A DNA stretch of 38,122 nucleotides. Origin: a candidate division TA06 bacterium SM23_40 (GTDB taxonomy: Bacteria; LJUI01; SM1-40). Position 1 is the first letter of the stretch. The number at the start of each line of letters is the position of its first letter. The notes below the pieces were generated by a model, which saw nothing but the letters and a program-made list of their open reading frames with translations, did no database searches and was not told the DNA's origin. The position numbers were made by a program, and so were the translations under genes. The stretch is taken from assembly GCA_001303705.1 (NCBI GenBank), contig LJUI01000022.1, positions 1 to 38,122 of the forward strand. Direction: 5' to 3'. This document shows positions 10,326-19,265 of the stretch, one piece after another.

Positions 10326-11095
10326 CTGCCCCGTTCTGTAGGTGCCACCTGCATGACCTCTGATTGGCCTCCAAATGTCCGCAGTCTGTTCTGGATGTCG
10401 ACGAGGGTGAAACCCTTTTCTCTCAGGAGGTTCACCTCGGAAGCGACGTTAGCCTCCTCGACCGGCCCTCTGCAGCCGATGCACGGCTGGCCATATGCAG
10501 GACACCGGGCATTGCAGCCCGCGACCGTGATCGGCCCGAGGCACAATTCGCCTCGTTCCAGCAGAAGGCAACTGTTCTCTCGCATCTTGCATTCTGTGCA
10601 GACTGCATAGTCGGGGAGCACCGGGAGGTCTCCATGTATGAGAGAGAGCGCCGCCTGCAGAAACTGATCCTTCTCAATCGGACAGCCCGATATTGCATAG
10701 TCGACCCTGACAAAGCTGCTGAGAGGTTGGGATGGGATGATGCCGAAGTCTTTTCCCTTCGGGCCATAGACTTGTCTCTTCAGTTTCTCTCGTTGCTCCT
10801 CGTTCTTCATTGCCTGGACTCCGCCCCACACAGCACAGGTGCCGATCGCGATGAGGAGTCTCGCCCTGCTCCTGATGCGCTCGAGCATCTCCACTTCTTC
10901 CGGCTGTACGACAGAACCTTCGACGAGCGCGATGTCCAGATCGCAGTCTTCGTCATTGTCGGACATCGCCATATGGAAGGACCGGATGTCGAGGGCTCCA
11001 GCCAGGTCGAGCAGTTCGTCTTCACAGTTGAGTATGACCAATTGGTCGCCCGCGCAGCCCGTTAACCCGAAGATACCGACAATTGGCTTGGCCAT
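10322..11095 (-). CDS. hydD: Group 3b [NiFe] hydrogenase small/delta subunit
   Basis: LTGCAGDQL, VEGSV, AIGTCAVWGG, ISGCP, CTECK...CLGPITVAGCNARCP...CIGCRGP. ATGA overlap with the alpha subunit. Confidence 0.93.
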   Translation of the reverse strand: MAKPIVGIFGLTGCAGDQLVILNCEDELLDLAGALDIRSFHMAMSDNDEDCDLDIALVEGSVVQPEEVEMLERIRSRARLLIAIGTCAVWGGVQAMKNEEQREKLKRQVYGPKGKDFGIIPSQPLSSFVRVDYAISGCPIEKDQFLQAALSLIHGDLPVLPDYAVCTECKMRENSCLLLERGELCLGPITVAGCNARCPAYGQPCIGCRGPVEEANVASEVNLLREKGFTLVDIQNRLRTFGGQSEVMQVAPTERGR

Positions 11096-11108
11096 CTTTC
11101 ACTCCTTA

Positions 11109-11945
11109 TCAGATCAGTTCGGGAAGGTTTATCGCGTCCCAGTAAGTGAATATGGGTCCATCCAGACACGTGTACTTGTACCCGATGGCACAGTGACCGC
11201 ATTTGCCGACACCGCATTTCATTTTCCGTTCTAGTGACATCAGAATCCTGTCCTTGGAGAGGTTTCTCTTCAGCAACTCCTCCAGGACAAACCGATACAT
11301 GACCGGCGGGCCACAGACGGCGGCGTAGGTTGTACTCGGATCTATTTCGATCTGATCGAAGAGCGTCGTCACAACTCCTATGTGGGCAGGCCAGATGCCT
11401 TCTTCATCCTTGTCGACGGTGAGCATGCATCTGAGGTCAGGCCTGTCCAAGAGGCTGAGGAGTTCGTACTTGAAAAGCATTTCGTCCGGGATCTTTGCAC
11501 CGTACATAAGGGTCACGTCCTCGAATCTCTCTCGGTTGTCCAGGGTGTACCAGAGCAAGGACCTGAGAGGAGCCATCCCCAGTCCGCCTGCGACGAGGAG
11601 CAGATTATTCCCCTCGAGCTCCTCAACCGGGAATCCATTCCCATATGGACCCCTGATACCCACGAGATCGTCCCGTTCGAGGTTGTACAGGGCATTCGTC
11701 ACCCGGCCCACCCGCCTGACGCAGAGTTCTACGGTCCCCGGGCGGGTGGGGGAGGAGGAGATAGATATCGGCGCCTCACCCGTACCTATGATGCTCAGTT
11801 CTACGAACTGGCCCGGCCGATATGAGAAATTATCCTTCATCGACTTGTCTACGAAAGTCAGCCCGAACAGCTTATGGTCTTCGATTTGGGGTAGAATGCG
11901 GGTAATCTGGGCGAGATGGGGAAAATAGATGTTTTCTCTATTCAT
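11109..11945 (-). CDS. hydG: Group 3b hydrogenase gamma subunit (FAD/NAD(P)-binding, [2Fe-2S])
   Basis: PGQF, GEAPISISS, RGPYGNGFP, AGGLGMAPLRS, CGPPVM, ERKMKCGVGKCGHC...CLDGP. ATG at 11945 overlaps the beta stop. Confidence 0.93.
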   Translation of the reverse strand: MNRENIYFPHLAQITRILPQIEDHKLFGLTFVDKSMKDNFSYRPGQFVELSIIGTGEAPISISSSPTRPGTVELCVRRVGRVTNALYNLERDDLVGIRGPYGNGFPVEELEGNNLLLVAGGLGMAPLRSLLWYTLDNRERFEDVTLMYGAKIPDEMLFKYELLSLLDRPDLRCMLTVDKDEEGIWPAHIGVVTTLFDQIEIDPSTTYAAVCGPPVMYRFVLEELLKRNLSKDRILMSLERKMKCGVGKCGHCAIGYKYTCLDGPIFTYWDAINLPELI

Positions 11946-12966
11946 TGCCTCTGCTCCGTAGTTTGGTGAGGACATCGACCAGGCTGATCGCGGCCGGACA
12001 CGACACAATGCAGCGGCCACAGCCGACACAGCTCGGCCGACCGAACTGGGCCACAAACCCTCGTTGTTTGTGGAAGTATCTGTTCTTGATCCTTGAGCCC
12101 CTGTCGGCGCGGAAGTTGTGACCGCCTGCTACGAGTGCATAGTCTTTGAACAGGCAGGAATCCCATCTTCTCAGTCGGCTCCCGCTCTTGGCGTCCAGAT
12201 TCAGCTGATCGACGACGTCGTAGCAGTAGCACGTAGGGCAGACCATCGAGCATGTGCCGCAACTGAGGCACTTGTCACCCAATTCCTGCCAGATCCTGCT
12301 CTCGTATTCGAGGTCCATGATTTCGGGCAGATCCTCGAGGTGGATTTCAACTTCGAACGAGTTAATCCGCTGAGCCGACCTCCTCTTGTAGGCCCTTCTA
12401 TCGGTGTCGCCGATTTCCTGAAACAGGGTCGATGTTTCGAGAACGATATCATCTCCCAGGCTTGTGCCGACTCGCACAAGATAGGAGCTGCCAATATCGG
12501 ACAGGAACAGGTCAAAGCCGTCTTCAGTGAAGTCAGTTCCGGTTGATCGACAGAAGCAGTATTCGTCTGGCATGCAATCCAGACCGACCACGATCGCATT
12601 GCGTCTTCTCGCGAAGTAGTACTCATCGCGATATTGGCCGCCGAATACCAGATCGAGTATCTTGATCCCATGAATATCGCAGGGGTGAACGCCGAAGAGA
12701 ATGATCTTAGTATGGAGATCTTTGTCGGGTGCGCGATATCCTTCCGCCTCTGAGAACGTGAACATCGTATCCACGGGTTTCGTGAAGTACTTCTTTGGAG
12801 GCAGAATGGTCCTCAGGCAATCGTGCGCAATCTGCTCGGGTGCGTCGACCTTCTGGAATGCGAAGTCGTTGGTATCCCTCCTCACCGGGCCATGCAAGTC
12901 GCCGAACTTCTCGAGACCTGCAAGGAAAGCATTCAGATTCTTCTTCTGCAACTTGACCATCTTCAT
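11938..12966 (-). CDS. hydB: Group 3b hydrogenase beta subunit (2x[4Fe-4S], AsrA-like)
   Basis: FGVHPCD, CFC, CLSCGTCSMVCPTCYC, WDSC, CVGCGRCIVSCP. ATG 12966 chosen for RBS spacing (alternative 12972). Confidence 0.92.
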   Translation of the reverse strand: MKMVKLQKKNLNAFLAGLEKFGDLHGPVRRDTNDFAFQKVDAPEQIAHDCLRTILPPKKYFTKPVDTMFTFSEAEGYRAPDKDLHTKIILFGVHPCDIHGIKILDLVFGGQYRDEYYFARRRNAIVVGLDCMPDEYCFCRSTGTDFTEDGFDLFLSDIGSSYLVRVGTSLGDDIVLETSTLFQEIGDTDRRAYKRRSAQRINSFEVEIHLEDLPEIMDLEYESRIWQELGDKCLSCGTCSMVCPTCYCYDVVDQLNLDAKSGSRLRRWDSCLFKDYALVAGGHNFRADRGSRIKNRYFHKQRGFVAQFGRPSCVGCGRCIVSCPAAISLVDVLTKLRSRGNE

Positions 12967-12978
12967 TGGCATCTCCCT

Positions 12979-14073
12979 CTATTCTCGCGCCTTTGGCAGG
13001 GAGACTACGAAGGTGCTCCCCTTGTTCAATTCGCTGGATGCTGAAATCGACCCTGAATGAGCCTCGACTATTTTCCTGGCGATCGACAGCCCGAGTCCCG
13101 TTCCTTCTCTCCCATTCGTTCTGACGCGATAGAACTCGTCAAAGATGAACGGGAGGTCTTTTTCTGAGATGCCGATGCCCGTATCGGAGACGTCTATCAG
13201 CACGTTGGAATCGTCCTCTCGTCCAGTTATGGTGATTTTCCCGCCCTCCACGTTGTACTTTATCGCATTGGCGATCAGGTTGATGAAGACCTGGTTCAGG
13301 GTCCTCATGTCACCGCGGATGGTTGTCAGTGGGTCGGGCAAGTTGATGTCAAACGTAACCTTCTTGGCCTCGGCCTCCTCACGCATAAGGTCAACAGTCT
13401 CGGAGATGATGGGGGCCAGGTCGAGATCCTGAAACTTCTCGACGAGCTTACCCTTCTCGATCTGGGCCAGGTTGAGCCAATCACGAGTCAGTGTGAGCAG
13501 GCCCTGAATCCTGATTTTCATGCGCTCCAGTATTTGTCTCTGCTCGGGGGGCACCTCACCTGCTGCGCCTCCCAGAATGACCTCAAAGTATTGGAGGATC
13601 GCGGCGAATGGCGTCCTGAGCTCATGTGAGACCATTGTGATGAAATTCCGCTTCATCAGATCCCTCTCCTCCTGAAGGGCCTGGGTCTCGAGGACGAGCC
13701 TTCTCTTCTCTACTCCCCTCTTGACGATGATTCTGAGCTCGTCGGGCGTGAAGGGTTTGGGGAGGAAATCGTACGCACCTCGCTTCATAGCCTCTACAGC
13801 CGAGGAGACGGTGGCATAGCCTGTTATGACGACTGTCACGATGTTCGGATCGATTTCCGATATCTTCGTGAGCACATCCATCCCACTCATGCCGGGCATC
13901 TTGAGGTCGAGCAGGACGAGATCGGGCTTCAGATGTTCGACTTTCTCGAGTCCGACCGTGCCGTCTTCGGCGACGTCGACCGCATATCCAACCTTAGCCA
14001 GGGCATGGCTGCATGAATCTCTGACGACTTCTTCGTCATCGACAATGAGAACGGAAGGTAGACCTTGCGTCAT
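12979..14073 (-). CDS. Hybrid receiver-histidine kinase (REC-HisKA-HATPase) with no sensor domain
   Basis: N-terminal REC (IVDDE, LLDLKMPG, ITG, PKP), H-box SHELRTP, N-box NLIANAIKY, DTGIGI, GTGLGL. Confidence 0.92.
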   Translation of the reverse strand: MTQGLPSVLIVDDEEVVRDSCSHALAKVGYAVDVAEDGTVGLEKVEHLKPDLVLLDLKMPGMSGMDVLTKISEIDPNIVTVVITGYATVSSAVEAMKRGAYDFLPKPFTPDELRIIVKRGVEKRRLVLETQALQEERDLMKRNFITMVSHELRTPFAAILQYFEVILGGAAGEVPPEQRQILERMKIRIQGLLTLTRDWLNLAQIEKGKLVEKFQDLDLAPIISETVDLMREEAEAKKVTFDINLPDPLTTIRGDMRTLNQVFINLIANAIKYNVEGGKITITGREDDSNVLIDVSDTGIGISEKDLPFIFDEFYRVRTNGREGTGLGLSIARKIVEAHSGSISASSELNKGSTFVVSLPKARE

Positions 14074-14104
14074 CTCAAGCCCCCATATGCTCGAGGCTGG
14101 ATCA

Positions 14105-14494
14105 TTAGCTCGACAGCTCCCGGATTCTCCTCAGAAGCTCTGCGGGCTCGACAGGCTTGTCCAGAAGAGCCTCTGCTTCGAGGTACTCGCCGTCCTTTTC
14201 GGGAGAAAACTTGAGTCCGGTCTTTTCTGTCACCGAGGTGAGCACAATGACCGGAATGTCCTTATACCGATCGTCATTCTTGAGCTCAGTGCAGAGGACG
14301 AATCCGTCGTTCATTCTCTCCATCATCACATCCATGAGAATCAGGTCCGGTCGATGTGCCCGAATCTTCTTCTTCGCCTCATGTGTGGTGTAGCTGGAGT
14401 CCACCTCGTACCCATTGGCTTCTAAGATCTTCCTGGTGGCGGCCACAAAATCTGCGTCATCGTCTACGATGAGTATCCTGGCCTGGTTTTCCAT
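14105..14494 (-). CDS. Single-domain response regulator (receiver only)
   Basis: IVDDD, LMDVMM, LTS, DKP in 129 aa; no output domain. Confidence 0.9.
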   Translation of the reverse strand: MENQARILIVDDDADFVAATRKILEANGYEVDSSYTTHEAKKKIRAHRPDLILMDVMMERMNDGFVLCTELKNDDRYKDIPVIVLTSVTEKTGLKFSPEKDGEYLEAEALLDKPVEPAELLRRIRELSS

Positions 14495-14522
14495 GATCCA
14501 CTCCTTCTATCTTCCGAATCTC

Positions 14523-15425
14523 CTATGCCCGGGGCTTGGAGAGCATCTCGTCGATCTTTGCCAGGAGTTCCTGGGCAGGCACCGGCTTCTCCATGAACTC
14601 TTCGACGGGGAAGAAGCGGGGATGCCTCGGTTCCCCGATGAAGCTGAAGCCGGTCTGTTCGGTAATCGACGTGAGCACGAGGATCGGAACCTTGTTCAGT
14701 CGTTCGTCCTTCTTGAACCTCCTCGACAGGATGATGCCGTCCGCGCCCTTCTGCATCATTATGTCGAGGATTATGAGGTCAGGGACACTCGCGTCTAAGG
14801 CCTCCAGGGCCTCGTCTCCGCTCAGTGCCGTCTGTACACGGTACGACGCGTCCTCCAGGATTCTTCGCGTGGCATCCACGAAGTCCGGGTCGTCGTCGAC
14901 GATCAGAATGTTCTTTTCTTTGTTCTTTTCTTTTTGCATTTCGACTGCCTCCTCACGGGATGCGTCCCGTGATGCCGGTGACGGGGTCACCTGAGGACGC
15001 GGTTGAGCTTGTGCATCAGTCCGCGTCTTTCCTTTCTCCGTGTTTGGATCTCGTTGCGGTCTTCTGAACGCGTTCTGCACGGCGGCTCTCAGCTCCTTTC
15101 TGTCAAAGGATTTGATGTAGTAGTAGAAAACGTCCTGTTGCCTGATCTTACTCTCTAACTGCTTTGTATTGACTAAAGCAGTCATGATTATGTGCACGTT
15201 CGGGTCGAGGGTTCTTATGATCGGAATGGCTTCACAGCCTTCCATATCCGGCAGGTCCTGGTCGATGATGATGCAGTCGAACCGTACCTTCCGAATTCGC
15301 TTGATCGCGTCTGAGATGCGGCTGGCCCTCTCTACGTCACAGCCGTCTTGGGACAGGAGCCGAGAGAACTCGTCCTGGGTCCGGAGATCGGGATCTATGA
15401 GGAGGATCGTCTTTGGTTTGAACAT
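14523..15425 (-). CDS. Tandem two-receiver-domain protein (REC-linker-REC)
   Basis: REC1: LLIDPD, IIDQDLP, MTA, YIKS. Low-complexity linker. REC2: IVDDD, ILDIMM, LTS, EKP. Confidence 0.85.
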   Translation of the reverse strand: MFKPKTILLIDPDLRTQDEFSRLLSQDGCDVERASRISDAIKRIRKVRFDCIIIDQDLPDMEGCEAIPIIRTLDPNVHIIMTALVNTKQLESKIRQQDVFYYYIKSFDRKELRAAVQNAFRRPQRDPNTEKGKTRTDAQAQPRPQVTPSPASRDASREEAVEMQKEKNKEKNILIVDDDPDFVDATRRILEDASYRVQTALSGDEALEALDASVPDLIILDIMMQKGADGIILSRRFKKDERLNKVPILVLTSITEQTGFSFIGEPRHPRFFPVEEFMEKPVPAQELLAKIDEMLSKPRA

Positions 15426-15484
15426 TGCGCCAGTCTCCCTGCAGATAGCTGCGAGGCACTCTGCTGCCTCCCGCCGCAGGGTAT

Positions 15485-15500
15485 AGCAAATTCCGCGCCA
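15485..15500 (-). promoter_or_regulatory. sigma54 (-24/-12) promoter upstream of the receiver/hydrogenase operon
   Basis: Minus strand reads TGGCGC-GGAAT-TTGCT, 1 mismatch to TGGCAC-N5-TTGCW, about 60 bp upstream of ATG 15425. Confidence 0.85.
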
Positions 15501-15622
15501 GACTTCCCGTAGAGACGAAAAAAGCCACTCAGGAGAATACCTAAGTGGCTGCTGTATCGAGTGTTATAACCTTGCCGGCAGATGCCCTGCTTTGAACGCG
15601 GGTACCCGACCCAGAAGCAGAG

Positions 15623-15661
15623 TGGGGCGTTTCTCCCCATCCGGTTGGGAGTTCCGCACCA
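15623..15661. promoter_or_regulatory. Putative enhancer (UAS) for the adjacent sigma54 activator
   Basis: Palindrome TGGGG-N7-CCCCA (15623-15639) and a weaker copy TTGGG-N7-CACCA (15645-15661), 22 bp apart, 120-160 bp upstream of the -24 box. Confidence 0.5.
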
Positions 15662-15667
15662 AACGGA

Positions 15668-17020
15668 TTATGCGGTGATCCCGTACTTCTTCATCTTCTG
15701 CCGCAGGGTCTTCCTGTCTATGTTGAGTGCCTCGGCGGTGCGGCCTTTGTGGCCTTCGAACGCTGTGAGCGTCCTCTCTATGTGTTCTCGTTCCACATCC
15801 GCAAGTGTCTTCTGCTCCGGTGCGCCGTCATCCTCCTGATCTACTCTGAGACCATAGTACAAGAGATCCTTCGGCTCGATCACGTCGCCTTCCGCGAGAA
15901 CGACTGCCCTCTCGATTGCATTTTCGAGTTCTCGTACATTTCCCGGCCATTCGTATCTGGCCAGCCGTTCCATCGCCTCATCAGTGATCCCGAGTATGTT
16001 CTTCTTCCTCTCCCGATTGTACATCTTGAGGAAATAGTCCGCCAAGAGCGGTATATCCTCTTTCCTCTCGCGCAGCGGAGGGAGCTCAATCGGAACTACG
16101 CTCAATCTGTAGAAGAGATCCTCGCGGAAGGATCCCGTTCTAACCGTGCTTGCCAGGTCTCGGTTCGTCGCAGCGATGATTCGAACGTCGACTCTCAGGA
16201 CCTGAGTGCTTCCGACTCTGACGATCTCTCTCTCCTGTATCGCTCTGAGCAACTTCGCCTGGACGCTCAGACTGATGTTCCCTATCTCATCGAAGAATAT
16301 GGTCCCGCCATTCGCCACTTCGAATCTGCCGTATTTCGTCGTCGTGGCGCCGGTAAAGGATCCCTTTGTGTGCCCGAAGAGTTCGCTCTCGAAGAGGCTT
16401 TCGACCAGGGAGCCGCAATCGACGACGACGAACGGCCTGGGGCTTCGGGGGCTATTCCGGTGGAGGGCTCTCGCCACGAGTTCTTTCCCGGTTCCGCTCT
16501 CGCCGTATATCAGTACAGTGCTGTCCGTCGGTCCCACCTTCTTCACTAGCGCATCGATCTCCTCCATCGCCTTGCCCTTCCCGATGAGGACGGCCTCTCC
16601 GATTGTCGACTTCAACTCCTCCGCAAGGTATATGTTGTTGAGTATCAGTCTTCTTCTCTCTAATGCACGTTTCACAATCGCACGGAGGTTGTCCGGTGTG
16701 AATGGCTTGGGTATGAAGTCATAGGCGCCCGATTTCATAGCCTCGACGGCCGACTCTACGGTGGCATAGCCTGTGATGACGAGCACAATCGCACTGGGGT
16801 CGTCGGCCCGTATCGTCTTCAGCACCTCCATTCCATCCAGGCCCGGCATCTTGAGATCGAGGACGACGAGGTCGAACGCCTGCTTCTCCATCATGGCAAG
16901 ACCCACATTTCCGTCTTCTGCGACCTTCACGGCGTAGCCGTCACGGGAGAGAATCTGTTGACAGGAGTCGCGAATGACCTGCTCGTCATCGATAACGAGT
17001 ACATTGGGCGCAATAACCAT
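15668..17020 (-). CDS. sigma54-dependent response regulator, NtrC/AtoC family (REC-AAA+-Fis HTH)
   Basis: REC domain, Walker A GESGTGKE, ESELFGH, GSFTGA (GAFTGA variant), FFDEI, FREDLFYRL, WPGNVREL, C-terminal HTH (TAEALNIDRKTL). Confidence 0.95.
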   Translation of the reverse strand: MVIAPNVLVIDDEQVIRDSCQQILSRDGYAVKVAEDGNVGLAMMEKQAFDLVVLDLKMPGLDGMEVLKTIRADDPSAIVLVITGYATVESAVEAMKSGAYDFIPKPFTPDNLRAIVKRALERRRLILNNIYLAEELKSTIGEAVLIGKGKAMEEIDALVKKVGPTDSTVLIYGESGTGKELVARALHRNSPRSPRPFVVVDCGSLVESLFESELFGHTKGSFTGATTTKYGRFEVANGGTIFFDEIGNISLSVQAKLLRAIQEREIVRVGSTQVLRVDVRIIAATNRDLASTVRTGSFREDLFYRLSVVPIELPPLRERKEDIPLLADYFLKMYNRERKKNILGITDEAMERLARYEWPGNVRELENAIERAVVLAEGDVIEPKDLLYYGLRVDQEDDGAPEQKTLADVEREHIERTLTAFEGHKGRTAEALNIDRKTLRQKMKKYGITA

Positions 17021-18961
17021 CTATATCTCCTCCGGGCGCATTGCTGGTTCTTCTATCGGTAGCCTGATAATGAAGGTGGCCCCTTCCCCTACCTGGCTTC
17101 TCACCTGTATGGTTCCTCCGTGACGCTCGATAACGCCGTAACTTATCGACAGACCGAGGCCCGTGCCACTTCCCACTTCTTTCGTCGTGTAGAACGGTTC
17201 GAACAGCTTCTCTACGACGTCCTCTGGTATGCCGGGCCCTGTATCCGTGATTTCGACTTCAACGTATCGTCCATCTCCGCCCAGCCGTGTCGCCAGGAGC
17301 AGATCGCCTCTTCCTTCCATTGCCTCAGCTGCGTTCAGCATGATGTTTATGAATACCTGTACGAGTTGATTGCCGTCGGCCATGATCTCTGGAAGGGAAG
17401 GTGCAAGTCTTCTGCCGACATTGATATTCTGAAAGAGTGCTTGATCCTCGAGTAGTCCGAGGGCGCTTTCCACGAGGCGGTTCAGGTCCGCGGGTTCTAT
17501 CTTGGGCTCTGTCTGGTGGGCGAAGTCGAGCAGTCCCTTGATAATGTCCTTGCATCGTGTCGCCTCTCCTGCAATCTTCTCCAGATTCGCCCTCTTCGGA
17601 TCGTCCTCTGCCGTATCTTCCAGAAGAAGGTGGCTGTAGACCAGGATGCCGCCCAGGGGGTTGTTGATCTCGTGCGCCACCCCCGCCGCCAGCTGGCCGA
17701 TCGTGGCGAGCCGTTCAGACTCCATGATTCGCCGTTCTGCGTGCTCTTTCAGTTTCTCGTCTCTCTCTTTGAGCGAGGAAGCCATGATGTTGAACGTTTG
17801 GCCGAGTTCCCCGATTTCATCTTCTGAGATTTGTCCGACGCGATGGGAGAAATCCCCCTCTGCCAACCGTTTCGATGCAGCGACCAGAGCTCTGATCGGC
17901 TTGAGTATGCCATTCGCCAGAAGATATGAGACGATGGCGCCAAGGGCCATTCCGAGAAAGGTGATACTCACGAATGCCCACATCGTTCTCTGTTTCATGT
18001 CGGCATACTTCTGCTCCAGCATTCCCACGTACAGCATTCCTATGACCGCTTCATCGACATCTCTCAGGGGCTCGTACGCGGTTATATACCAGTTGTTCAC
18101 GACAAACGCCCTCTCGATCCACGTCTCGCCCCTCTTAAGTACGGTGTCGTACACCTCCTCCGAGACGCGCGTTCCGATCGCGCGAGATCCATCTGCATTT
18201 CTCACATTTGTCGATATTCGAAGATCTCCCTGGAATATGGTGGCAGCTCCCATATCCTGGTCTTCATACGTGACACCCTGGTACACGACATCCTTGACCC
18301 GATCGACTATCTCGAAGTTGCGGTTGAGGAGGGATCCACCATAGACTACGCCAATGAGTACTCCCTCATCGCTCAGCACGGGGACTGCCGATTTCAGCAT
18401 CATGCCGGCTGTCTCCTCAGTCTCCGCTCGCACCCTTGCCCGTGGAGTCTCGATGAACGTGATGTGCGCCTTCTCAGCAAGCTCTTCCCCCTCCTTCTCC
18501 AGTTCCAGCCTGGATACGATCTGGGTCGCCGAAAACGCCCTTCGGTGCTGCAGGACTCTCCTGACGAGTGCATCTTCACTCTGGCTGTCCCCATACACAT
18601 CGGGGTTCTGGGCCCTCGCGACCACACGCCCGCGCTCGTCGGTTATGGCCAGTATGTCCAGGTTCTCCTCTCTCAGCGCGGTCTGCAGCGCGGAGAGAAG
18701 CAGCTCGCGGTCGTTCGCCAGCAGCGCGTGCTGAACGGCAAACGTTCTCATAGCGGTCAGCGTGAGCGCTCTCTCGATATCTCTCAGGCGCTGGTCGTAG
18801 ATTTCCCGCGCCGCATTGAGATCTGTCCTCACTCTTTCCTGGACTTCTCGGACCACATTCGTCGAAATGAAATGGAGGCCCACTGCAGTAGCTATCACAC
18901 CGGGAATGATGACCACCGGGATGAACGCCAGGACGAACTTGAGTTTCAGAGGGATACGCAT
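17021..18961 (-). CDS. Membrane sensor histidine kinase with extracytoplasmic Cache-type domain and HAMP
   Basis: Two TM helices flank a ~290-aa periplasmic region (ATIFQGDLRISTNV...RAIGT, YITAYEPL). HAMP (DEIGELGQTFN), H-box AHEINNPL, NAAEA, DTGPGI, GTGLGL. Abuts the NtrC gene. Confidence 0.92.
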   Translation of the reverse strand: MRIPLKLKFVLAFIPVVIIPGVIATAVGLHFISTNVVREVQERVRTDLNAAREIYDQRLRDIERALTLTAMRTFAVQHALLANDRELLLSALQTALREENLDILAITDERGRVVARAQNPDVYGDSQSEDALVRRVLQHRRAFSATQIVSRLELEKEGEELAEKAHITFIETPRARVRAETEETAGMMLKSAVPVLSDEGVLIGVVYGGSLLNRNFEIVDRVKDVVYQGVTYEDQDMGAATIFQGDLRISTNVRNADGSRAIGTRVSEEVYDTVLKRGETWIERAFVVNNWYITAYEPLRDVDEAVIGMLYVGMLEQKYADMKQRTMWAFVSITFLGMALGAIVSYLLANGILKPIRALVAASKRLAEGDFSHRVGQISEDEIGELGQTFNIMASSLKERDEKLKEHAERRIMESERLATIGQLAAGVAHEINNPLGGILVYSHLLLEDTAEDDPKRANLEKIAGEATRCKDIIKGLLDFAHQTEPKIEPADLNRLVESALGLLEDQALFQNINVGRRLAPSLPEIMADGNQLVQVFINIMLNAAEAMEGRGDLLLATRLGGDGRYVEVEITDTGPGIPEDVVEKLFEPFYTTKEVGSGTGLGLSISYGVIERHGGTIQVRSQVGEGATFIIRLPIEEPAMRPEEI

Positions 18962-19015
18962 TTCCTGAAGACTCCGGGCTCAGGGCAGATGGGGATCTGT
19001 CGTGCCTGCGCGGAT

Positions 19016-19044
19016 ATCATAGCCGACGAGATGGACGAAGTCAA
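19016..19044 (-). promoter_or_regulatory. sigma70-type promoter for the kinase/NtrC pair
   Basis: Minus strand TTGACT-N17-TATGAT. Confidence 0.7.
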
Positions 19045-19106
19045 GGATGCTTCGATGCCGTCGGCGCCGGCCGGCGACAGGATTTCACCGTTCCCGTGCG
19101 ACTTCC

Positions 19107-19135
19107 TTGACTCCCTCGGCGTTGCTTGGTATAGT
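19107..19135 (+). promoter_or_regulatory. sigma70-type promoter for the sulfatase-like gene (divergent)
   Basis: TTGACT-N17-TATAGT. Confidence 0.7.
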
Positions 19136-19265
19136 AGGTGTTCGAGTCGTGGGGGACGTGGGGACCAGAGGCGGGATGCGATGTTCCTCCCTGGCTCGAA
19201 CGGCTGAGTGCAGGCAGCATAGGAGTGTAACAGGTCATCGCAGGTGGAACGTGAGGTTGACTTCT

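Noticed and set aside
19047-19265. Long N-terminal extensions in the ORF track (sulfatase-like, hydG, ferredoxin, amidohydrolase, thiD)
   Set aside because: Downstream starts match family N-termini and mostly have better RBS context; the sulfatase extension would also overlap its own predicted promoter.
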